Source: Antedon mediterranea | Taxonomy: Eukaryota > Animalia > Echinodermata | Direction: 5' to 3' | DNA length: 64,000 bases | NCBI RefSeq assembly: GCF_964355755.1 | Contig: NC_092674.1 | Location: forward strand, 23,126,001-23,190,000 | Shown: positions 24,143 through 35,057 of the stretch, in pieces | Layout of the letters: every line of letters starts with the position of its first letter | How positions within the stretch are numbered: the first letter of the stretch is position 1 | The notes under the pieces: generated by a model | Databases searched by the model: none | Told to the model about the DNA's origin: nothing | The model's input: the letters and a program-made list of their open reading frames with translations, nothing else | Translations under genes and position numbers: made by a program

Positions 24143-27100
24143 GTCAGTGTGATTCTGAGAATGAGTCTACTCTAGTACACTACTGAAATTAAGTTAGGCT
24201 CACTCAGACAGTGAGTGAGTCAAGCCGGTGAGTGGAGCTAATCTTCACAAAGGCAAAACTCACTACCACCAGTACCACCACTCTGATATGACCAGTTCTG
24301 GGCTGAACATGGGCCTAGCCGCCTATTGTAGCTCATAAAACATTATAAAATAACAGCCTAGGCGACAGATTAACGTCATAACGATGCCAAATACTGTATT
24401 TTCTAATGTAAAATGTGTTGGAAAAGAAAAACAATATTTTTTAACATTTTAAATTGTATTTATATAATTGATATAGGGTGGGTGGGTTGGTGGGTAAATA
24501 TTTAAACAGAAATACTGAAAGGAGTTAAGAGAGGAAAACATAAGTAAGTGTGTGTCCAAGGATACAAGCGACGAGAGTTGGAATCGAACCCATGATCTGA
24601 TCAGTAGTCCAATGTCCAACACACTCTGCCACATGCCCTTACAGAATCACACGCACACAAAATGAATGTATTCTTGTTTTTGTAGGTAACCCAGATAGAG
24701 GTTGGAATGATCCTCCCATGTTCAACTATAATACTGTAGGGCAACCGTCCCCTAAGACAAACTTGTTAAATAAACGTGTAGCACCACCACAACAACAAAT
24801 CGGATCAAAGCCACCAGGTATTAATCAACATGGAGTGAGCAGTAAATCCATAATTATAATTTATTAAATACATATTTAACTAAAAGTAATATTAATGGAC
24901 CAGGAGGCTTAGCATTTAATGAATAAGAAAGTGGTTTGATGATTGTTTTGGTCATAATTATTATAATTTATTAGTTTATATAATTACAGTTTACTAGTAA
25001 AATTTTAAAACTGAGAGTGGACAAGATTAATGTCTAACTAAGATAAGAAAGCTGATGAGAGGGTTGATGTTATTGCCTTCCAATTCAATGTTCAAGGTTC
25101 AATCCTGACTAACTCATAAATGTTTCTAGTTCACTCCCTAAGCCTCAAATGAGACGTTATAAGAATTAATTTTGTAGTATTTTTCTATAATGTTATACTA
25201 CATTTATACTAAATTTATATGCATTGAATTTGCGAAAAAAACAAAATTATGTACTAAAATAAAATGAAAATACAAAATCTATAAGTACACAAAATTATCA
25301 ACATCACGTTTTACAAGGAATATAGTATAGAATATAGACTTTTTTTTTCGCTTATATGATTTTTGTATTGTTAGGTTTTGATGAAAAAGTTCTTCCATCA
25401 AGAATGGCAAGTGCAAAATATAACCCAGAGGGGGTTGGTGCCCCACCTATGACCTCCCCTCCTAAAGTGGATGGTCCTGTGACTTCAGCAGCACCACCCA
25501 CAGCTTGTCAATCGGAGTCGAATCCTTCTCAAGATGAGGACATTGAGTTAGCGCTGCAAAGAATACAAACAGTTTTAAACGAATGTGAAAACAAATTGAA
25601 GGTAGACCTAAAAAAACAACTTAAATATTTACGTTACTTATCGTACACTGGTAAGCTCTGCTCCTAGATTTAATGAACATCTTTGCTGTACAGTAAAACC
25701 TCTAGTAAGAGGACACTTAAAGTAGGAGACACTTCACAGGAAATGAACAAGGCCTAATGTTTTTAACACTATGACAAATCCCTTTTTAGGGGACATCCCT
25801 ACTTAAGGGACACCCTTAGTAAGGGGACACGTTGCTGGGGCCAGAAGGTGATAGAAGTTTTACTGTAGTATAATGAATGTTAAAATATTATTATGAAGCA
25901 TTCAATTATAATTTTATTGCTATATTATTGTTTTTGAAAATTTTAGAAAAGAATTTTTGAGGACATCACAAAAAGACTAGGAGTTTTACGAGACAAGTGG
26001 ATGAATATGTCAATGCCGGTGAAGGTTTACACATCTAAACTTGCCAATTGTACGTTGTTGATTTTTTGTTATGTCATGAACTTACTTGTTACTTGTTACT
26101 TGTTTGCATAGCTATCCCCATTATTGGGGACATTTCGCCGTCATTGACATTATGTTGACATAGCACAACAATGAGAGACAATAATTTTGATGAGAAGGTC
26201 ATGGAACACTAATTAATTTTAAAAACAACTAAAATCCTGAGACCTGTAACCCTTGGTAGGGACCCTGACGGATACTCTCCCTCCGGGTCAAAGGGATCCC
26301 GAAACTCATCGGTGGGCAGGTGCGCTCATCTCCCTGTTCAGCACTATTCCTGATGATTACCCAACCTATTTACATTTAAAATTAAACATCAAGACATACA
26401 AATTAATCAACTTAATGACTACTGGACATAGTAGTTATTGTCTTCTATAAAAGATGCTGGAAGCACTTCCTTAATATAGTCTTCTCGGTCTAGTTGACTA
26501 GCGTTTATAGTTCTCTGAAGTATACTTGGGCTCGGTCTTCCTATCAATTTACTTTTTTGGTCATAAAATGTAAGAACTTTGCAGGGATCTTAGTTCTGTC
26601 TCCGAATACAATGTGAAATCCAGTTAGATTGCTGTTGTTGGTAGAATTCAAATACTGATATTGTGTTGGTTATTGCGTAGAGCCTCTGGTTATTGACAAC
26701 GTACCGCCAATCGGTTTCCTGTTCTTCTTTCTCAGACTCTATTTCTTTCTCATCGTCTGATTGTGTATGTTTGTCTGGTGGGTTGACGCGTCTGAAATCA
26801 TCCTCCTGAGGAATCTGTTGTACGTTGTTGTTATTAGTCCGATTTCAGTGTTTGTTGGTCTCCAAGCATGACAACCGTACATCAGTCTGCTTCTAACCAA
26901 TCCGTTCAGGAATTTGATTCTTGTTCTAAGGTTAATGATTTGATTTGTCAGGAGTTTCTTATGTCATGAATTTAGCACTTAAATAAGGTTATGTAATAAA
27001 GAAACAAACGTTACATTTATATTAAACAGTTTAATTTACCTATGCAGATCTAGGATTTTAAAATAAGATAGGGGGAGCCATCTACATAATTTTCAGTGCT

Positions 27101-27950
27101 GTATCTCCCCATACTACAATGTTTTCCTGTAAACATGTAATTTCATAATGATACACAATTGTCTGTAGACTTTTTTTAATGGTATTGTTAATGGTTTTGT
27201 TATTTCTTATTATTGTATTGTTTTTCCTTGTGTGTGCTGCCCATAATATTTTAATGTTTTATATTTGTAGTATTGACATAAAATGTAGCTTTTGCTGCTT
27301 TTTGTTTTATATTTTTATATTGAAATTAAAATATATATATATATATATATACACACTAGGAGACATGTTATGCTATGTTGTTGTAAGAGAGATAAATCTA
27401 GATACATTCCCGAGCATCTAGACTTGCCCCAAGTAGTATATGTATGAAATGCCATATGTGCCAAAATAGTTATCTTTTTACTAATATTAAGACAAACCCC
27501 CATCTAGAACCCAGACCCAGACTACAGAGAATCGGGTGCTTCAACCCTCTTAGATTTGCCTGTATATTTCAAAAAATTGTGTGTGATGCGATTGGTTGTA
27601 TTTCATTATGGTTTCATCTGTTCCATACAGCTCTTGTTAATTATCAATATGATGAAGCATACGAAATACACCTAACATTAATGGTTGATCATGTGACGGA
27701 AGTAAGCCAATGGATGGTAGGCATAAAAAGATTGATACACGAAGCTAAAACAATTCGGCCAACACCATCAGACGTCCAAAACGAGAGCAACACAGAACCT
27801 TCTGAAGATATAACACCCCAGTTACAACTTTTTGATACCAACAATTTTCAGAGCTTGAAGATTAGCCAAGAAAGTGAAGATGCCATAACTCAGGGAAATA
27901 AGGATGTTGCTGATGTTGCAGATAAATCGTCAAAACCGGAAGATAGTTAA
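24121..27950 (+). CDS. SRA1: Steroid receptor RNA activator 1 protein (SRAP), 5 exons, about 267 aa
   Basis: Exons 24121-24142, 24686-24817, 25375-25601, 25947-26049, 27631-27950 (804 nt, in frame). N-terminal [15 protein letters not shown]...LLNKRV and C-terminal [24 protein letters not shown] are SRA1 signature motifs. Confidence 0.93.
24545..24638 (-). mobile_element. 5' head fragment of the 30043 SINE family, in SRA1 intron 1
   Basis: GGGCATGTGGCAGAGTG...GGTTCGATTCCAACTCTCG aligns to 30290-30362. Confidence 0.65.
24686..24817 (+). CDS. SRA1: SRA1 exon 2
   Basis: [44 protein letters not shown]. Confidence 0.9.
25375..25601 (+). CDS. SRA1: SRA1 exon 3 (Pro-rich linker)
   Basis: [15 protein letters not shown]...[18 protein letters not shown]; phases match neighbouring exons. 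Confidence 0.85.
25691..25865. mobile_element. Tc1/pogo-like MITE
   Basis: TA|CAGTAAAACCTCT...AGAAGTTTTACTG|TA; internal AGGGGACAC repeats. Confidence 0.75.
25947..26049 (+). CDS. SRA1: SRA1 exon 4
   Basis: [34 protein letters not shown]. Confidence 0.88.
26081..26958 (-). mobile_element. 5'-truncated RTE-like non-LTR retrotransposon
   Basis: 12-bp TSD TTATGTCATGAA at 26069 and 26959; (AACAAGT)n 3' tail. Minus strand encodes post-RT motifs [23 protein letters not shown]...FLRRMI and [13 protein letters not shown] with a frameshift and a stop. Confidence 0.85.
27631..27950 (+). CDS. SRA1: SRA1 exon 5 (terminal)
   Basis: [40 protein letters not shown]... to TAA at 27948-27950. Confidence 0.92.
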
Positions 27951-28739
27951 TATTAATTTTATATTTATATAATTTTTCAATACAAAGAATATATATTATA
28001 TATGTATAAATAAGTATGACAATTGAATTCAACCATTAATGCCAAATTGCCGTTATGAAAGATAAGAAATGACCCAATACAGAAAAAGACTAAAACAATA
28101 AGGGCAGGGAAAACCTATAGGTAAGAGGAACTTGTTCTTCAGTTGTCTGCCTCCTTCTCCTAAATAGAACAATAAAAACAGCAACCATTCTGTTTGAATT
28201 TTGTGAAATAACAAACAATCCTTTTATATACTTGCCATTACAGATCTATTAAATGTGTTATTAAAGTGAAATGAAATAAAAACTGAATTCGTCATTATTA
28301 AAAAGGTATTGTTACTGCAAGAGCTATGGAAAGAGCAATTGAATAGAGATAACTAGACAGAGTGACCAAACTTGACATAAGAGAAAGAACGACAAATATA
28401 ATAATGAAAGCACTCAGAAACTGAGTGAAGTACTTGGCAAAGTATTGCCACAGAAGTTGCATGTTGATATTTCGGCCCATGTTAAAAATGTTTCTTTTTA
28501 GCATTGGTGAAGTTATTAATGAACCTATTTTCTTGAAGTCTATAGGCCTACCTATTTACACCGAAAAATTCAGAATAATAACTTGAACTTTGTATGTGCT
28601 CTCGTGCTAACAAACAAGTAATAATAAATAAAAAGAAAGTGTGGATTTGGGCAGGAAATAGATGAGTTTAGCGGCAAGGAATTAGAAACCAACAGAGGCT
28701 GAAATGAATTATTGATGGAGAGGCCTACATCCCAGCAAT

Positions 28740-28916
28740 CCCAGGGTCATGCTTTGCCAGCCGTCTCTATCCAATGCTTGCCTCACACCATTTTCATAAC
28801 TGTTGGTGTTGATCCATTTTGATGTTATCAATCCATCCAGTTAAGTTCTGCTTCTTCCTCTTCCTCCTCAAGAAGTGATCACTCCTGCAACAGTCCTTGC
28901 CGTATCACATGGCCAA
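28740..28916 (-). mobile_element. Degraded RTE-type LINE 3' fragment
   Basis: Broken translation FGHVIRQ...GRGR...WIDNIK...ALDRDGWQSM. Confidence 0.5.
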
Positions 28917-29509
28917 AAAATGTAAAAGTAAAATATTTAAAAAGTGGTGAGGAAACTAGGGCTACAGTAAATATGATTTGTTGGAAATATCTTCTTGCAC
29001 TGCAATCTTTTCTTTATAATTGTAATACTGTCATTACATTTGATAAAACCAATGTATTACATAACGTTATTATGTTATGTTATCAATCCAGAAATAGTTT
29101 ATAATTTCATTTTCTGATAATGTATGTCTATGTCTTTATTGTATATATTAAGTTGAATAAAGATATTTAGGTGACAGCAGGTGATATTGCCATTCCTTTA
29201 TTAAAATGTTCAATAAAGTCACGATTTATAAATGAATGTTAAATAAATACATTTAATTCTTTTATTTCCATAAGACAGGATGTATTAAAAAAATTATTAC
29301 ATTCTAATGGTTACTATGCCGTAATTACGTCATCAATGAAAGTAAATTAACGATTTCTTTCTTACTAATACATTGCTTTTTTGTACTTTTGTTCATTTGT
29401 ACAATGTTCTTAAGAACGGATTTACTTGTAAATTACCGAGATTACTTAATTCATATGTTGCATTTGATTCCACTTTTGATATTTTTTTAAATTTTCTATT
29501 TTTTTTTAA

Positions 29510-29807
29510 AGATTTATTGTCCTCCTGAATTTTTTTTTTTTATAGATTTTTGTCATTTGAATGTCACATAATAGAATAAAAAATATAAAATAAAAAAATA
29601 AATAAATCGAACACAAAAATGTATTGTCTGCCAGTCAATGGAGTTTTGGTTGAATTTAACCATTTATTTTGTCATTTTATATGAGAAAACATTATTTGTT
29701 TCTTTTTTTTACGGAAGGGATTACGTTTATTAAAACTAAAAAATAACCTATTCAAAGTCTGATTTGATTTTTCTTAATTTTTCATGTTTTTGGGGGATAA
29801 TATATCT
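29510..29807. mobile_element. Kolobok-like MITE copy
   Basis: Aligns with 708-1055; TTAA on both sides. Confidence 0.7.
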
Positions 29808-30042
29808 TTAAATTCAAAATTAAGAAATGTCTAATTGGTTCTTTGCCGATGTTCCTTTGTCTTGTGTGTTTATGTATTCCAGTCTGAAAATGACGGGCTC
29901 TGCTGTTGATTGTGAATTTAAATATAAAAATACAAGAATAAAAAATGAACTTTTATGTTTATTGTTCGAAGAATGAAACATCTACTTTTGATGATAATCA
30001 CCAGGTAAAGTATCTTCAATTCAAGATAACTGAATGGAGGAA

Positions 30043-30362
30043 AATAATAATAATAATACCACATTTATATAGTGCCCTTTTCATGAGTAATCATGCTCAA
30101 AGGCGCTTTACAAGCATTAATACCCCAGTATTTGCTTTGGGATCAAACACGTATGGAAACATACTCCCATAATGCAGCCGGTAACCAGCGCAAAGTTGTG
30201 TCTAGATCTAACTAACTGGGTACCCATTTATACACCTGGGTGGAGAGAGGCAACGTAAGTAAAGTATCTTGCCTACGGATACAAGCAATGCGGCGAGAGT
30301 TGGATTCGAACCTAGGTCTGACGATCGGTAGTCCAACGTCCAACGCACTGTGCCACACGCCC
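30043..30362 (-). mobile_element. tRNA-derived SINE with CORE-like domain and L2-like tail
   Basis: Minus strand: GTGGCACAGTG A-box, GGTTCGAATCC B-box, GCCTCTCTCCACCCAGGTGTATAAAATGGGTACC, TGTAAAGCGCCTTTGAG, (TAT)n tail. Confidence 0.8.
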
Positions 30363-30866
30363 TTACGATGAGTTATTTGAAGGCGAAGAGAGGGGTTCTT
30401 GGGTATGGTTGTGTATATACAGGTATACAGTTTTCCTACTAAACTAAATCATTCTGCATAATAATAATATAACAAAAATATGGATATGTAAACATTTCTG
30501 AATACCATCGTGGCCGGCTGTGAAAGGGCCAGCCAGGCTTTTATTTTTTCGGGTAAAGTTGGCTTCACGGACCATATCATTTGTGAGGTAGGTCACCAAC
30601 CTTGGTAAATAGTCTACATTCATGTTGGTTAAAGGGAAAGTACCTGTAATTAGTAAAATAATGTAATTTGCCATTTAATATTGAGGTCACAGATTTGAAT
30701 CTAATCTGAAAATTAATCAATGCTAAGTGTCCTTTATTATTGATTCTTCTTTCTTGTTTCAATATTCTCTAACCCTATAGAGTTTTTAGGCCGGTCTTTG
30801 CAGTTAAATCCCCTTTACCATAAATACTGAAACTATAAATATTAATGACCTATTATATAATCCGTC

Positions 30867-31441
30867 TTACAAGGACGACGACGAAAGTGAATAGCTATCA
30901 TTGCCAGACTCTGCTACACATTGTGGTGTCGATGGTGATGTCCACGTCCCATGTTGGCATGTCTGATAATTATGTCCCTGTAATTCATAGCCATCTCGAC
31001 ATTCGAAATACACCCGAGATCCGTGAAGTACATTTTCAAACGATGATATGTAACCGCCTATGGGAGGTCGAGGTTTTTGACACGACTTAACGCATATGGG
31101 GGTAACTGAAGGATTCCAGGAACCAACAGAAAAGGAACAAGTTTGCGTTTGTCCACCCATTAACTGATATCCACTGTCACATGAATACGATATTGTTTTC
31201 AGGTTAGCATGTTCTGATACTATCAATGAACCATGGCTGATCTGCTCAGTAGGTAGGCCGCATTTTTTGCATAACGGTCTTGACGGCGGGAACCAATGAC
31301 CATTTATTGTACAAGTCTGTGCTGAACTGCCTTCTAAAGAAAACCCTGTCTTGCACATAAATTTAACCCTGCTGCCAACAATGGTGCCGTCTACGAGTGC
31401 GTGACCGTCTTCAAGAGGACCGACTGGAGGACAAACAATTT
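30867..31441 (-). CDS. SVEP1: SVEP1-like exon 31 (3 CCP, probable terminal exon)
   Basis: Three sushi repeats ending [20 protein letters not shown]; the stop overlaps a possible gtaaga donor. Confidence 0.82.
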
Positions 31442-34400
31442 CTGTAAAAAAAAGAAAATATATGACAGTCAAACATGCAAATGATAAGCAATGAAAAAGC
31501 ATGTGACCAACTTAGCCAGTTAAATCCCGATTATCAGCTATACAAATCAAGAAAAGAACAGGCTCAAGAAATCGATTTGCAACCAAAATAAAGAGGACAG
31601 AAAGAAATATTTCCATAGTTCTTTATAAAATAGGAAACGCCAGAGGTAATCAGAAATACAGATTAAACAAAAAACGACACAGACTACAATTGATATTACC
31701 TTTACAATAAGGATCAACACCAGACCAACCCAAGTCCAATTCGCAAACTCGTTCAACTGAGCCCACAAGAACGAAGCCCGGATCACACTCGTAAGTAGCA
31801 ATCGCACCAGTACGATGTACTCTACCATTACTAGGTGAAGACGGTGTATCACATACAATTGCTAATTGAAATAAAATTATTTTAACACTGTTATTATCCA
31901 TTGTTTTGTTATATCTATATCTATATATTTAAAAAATATTATATTTGTGTCTATCGGAAATATGTCTGAAACTTCTGTACTAGAGTGATGTGATGGGCAA
32001 GTTCGAAAATAAATGGAAAATATAACTATATGAATAAATGTATTAAGCTTTGTCTATACCATCAAACTTTCTGTGACATACCGGTATGCCGAAATATGGT
32101 AGTGCGTCATCGTGTCCATATAATGGACACATCACATTGTTTTGTCATATAGGCCTAATAGTCTAGGCAAAAAATGTGAAAAAAATGAGTTAGGGAGAGT
32201 GGAATGTTAGAGGCTGTCAACATAGCCAGATATCCTAATTAAACCCTTCTGATCACTCTAAGCCCTGTTGACACTATTTTTTGCCTCGTCTTGAAATGGC
32301 GGCCATTTTTCAAAATGGCCGCCATTTTTGTATAAAATGTGGATAAAATCAGATCTAAATAAGGTAGATACACAATCTTGGTGTCTAAACACATGTACTT
32401 CAGACACGGAATCCATTAGGCCTTGTTGACACTTCAGTTTTTGCCTCTTATTAAAATGGCAGCCATTTTTCAAAATGGCCGCCATTTTTATATAAAATGT
32501 GGATAAAATCAGATCTAAATAAGGTAGATACACAATCTTGGTGTCTAAACACATGTACTTCAGACATGGAATCCATTAGGCCTTGTTGACACTTTAGTTT
32601 TTGCCTCGTATTAAAATGGCAGCCATTTTTCAAAATGGCCGCCATTTTTATATAAAATGTGGATAAAATCAGATCTAAATAAGGTAGATACACAATCTTG
32701 GTGTCTAAACACATGTACTTCAGACACGGAATCCATTAGGCCTTGTTGACACTTCAGATTTTGCCTCGTATTGAAATAGCGGCCATTTTGAAAAATGGCC
32801 GCTAATTTTATAGAAATGTGCATAAAATCGGATCTAAATAAGGTATATGCCCGATCTTGGTGGGTAAACACATGTTTTTTTCAGGCAAGGAATCCATTAA
32901 ATCTATAATAAATAAATTTAAATAGTTTAATTAATTAATTTTTAAAGTTAAGTGCACAGTAGCTAACATTTTTCAAAATGGTTACCTAATTTATCTGTTC
33001 ATGAAATCGAAAATCTGGAATTTGTTTTACAAATTGGTAAAGGTTTAGTTTGTATAGAGCCATGACTAGGATTTTAAAGCCTCAGCTTTTGTTGAATTCA
33101 TTTGCATGTAACTTCACAGATGTTTCATCTTGACTGTGTAGGCCCTCCTATTAGGCCTACATAAACTAATATTATTTACCTCCGCTAAGGAGATATATGT
33201 AGTCTATCGCGTACCCAAATCAGCTGGATTTGAACTATGTCAAGCTAATATCTAAAGCAAAAAAATGTATCATTCAATATGCTCCCTATCAGTGGATATA
33301 TTTTGCCAAGTACTTCACTCAGTTTCTGAGTGCTTTCATTTGTTTGTCTGTTTGTTAGCAGGATTACTCAAAAAGTTATTGCAAGATCTTTACCAAAATT
33401 AGGGTTAGATAGATATGTGGTCAAGTTCCACTCCATTACATTTTGGAGGCAATCCGGACCACAGTCCCAATTTTGGACCACTTTTTAGTATTATTTTCAG
33501 ACCTGCTATTTTTAAGAGATAGGAGAGAATTTTCAAAAGCCGGCGAGCAGTCTTAAAGTAAAGTAAACTGAATCTGCATTTTCTCGATAACTACTTGTCC
33601 AAAAAACTTTTTTAGATCTGATTTTATGCATATTTTATATAAAAATGGCGGCCATTTTAAAAAATGGCTGCCATTTTAATACGAGGCAAAAACTGAAGTG
33701 TCAACAAGGCCTAATGGATTCTGTGTCTGAAGTACATGTGTTTAGACACCAAGATTGTGTATCTACCTTATTTAGATCTGATTTTATCCACATTTTATAT
33801 AAAAATGGCGGCCATTTTGAAAATGGCTGCCATTTTAATAAGAGGCAAAAACTGAAGTGTCAACAAGGCCTAATGGATTCCGTGTCTGAAGTACATGTGT
33901 TTAGACACCAAGATTGTGTATCTACCTTATTTAGATCTGATTTTATCCACATTTTATATAAAAATGGCGGCCATTTTGAAAAATGGCTGCCATTTTAATA
34001 CGAGGCAAAAATTGAAGTGTCAACAAGGCCTAGTGGATTCCGTGTCTGAAGTACATGTGTTTAGACACCAAGATTTTGTATCTACCTTGTTTAGAACTGA
34101 TTTTATGCACATTTTATATAAAATTGGCGGCCATTTTGAAAAATGGCCGCCATTTCAATACTAGGCAAAAATTGAAGTTTGAACAAGGCCTAATGGATTC
34201 CGTGTCTGAAGTACATGTGTTTAGACACCAAGATCGTGCATCTATCTTATTTAGATCCGATTTTATGCACATTTTATATAAAATTGGCGGCCATTTTGTA
34301 AAATGGCCGCCATTTCAAGACGAGGCAAAAAATTAAGTGTCAACAGGGCCTAGAGTGATCAGAAGGGATTAATTAGGATATCTGGCTATGTTGACAGCCT

Positions 34401-34979
34401 CTAACATTCCACTCCCCCTAAATTGATTTCTAAGCATCTTTTCAGATTTTTGTCCTAGACTATAAAGTTTATTAGTGTAGACAGAGCTTTAGGATGGAAC
34501 GTCATGTGTAAATGCAAATCAAATTATATTCACCAATAATAGTATGCCAGGATATCATAAATAAAATTATTTTTTAAGAGAGTATCGATGATTGATATGA
34601 TGCATTATGTATTTTTAGTAACTTTATTTTTCACCTGAACAACTTTTTCCGTTAGAGTGTAATTCGTAGCCAGGATCACACGCGCATCTATAACTTCCTA
34701 ATGTATTGTAGCATCGATGTTGGCATGCATAAGGGGATAAACACTCATTTACATCTGCAAAGTAAGTATATAAATAATCAAATCAACAGTCATTCAAAAA
34801 CAATATATGAATTATTGCTTGTATTATTATTACAAATATAATAATCATAGAATTGATTATTGCGCCCTCCATTTCGACATACATTTGCATATATTTGCAT
34901 ATAACGGCCTAGTAGCATGTTAAGAGTGTTAATGTTAGTTATAAATATACAAAAAATTGAACTGAGAAACAACTACGAA

Positions 34980-35057
<78 letters not shown>

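Noticed and set aside
32258-34336. Repeated ORFs [14 protein letters not shown].../MAAILKNG...
   Set aside because: Translations of the 160-bp foldback units; 160 is not a multiple of 3 and there is no domain signal.
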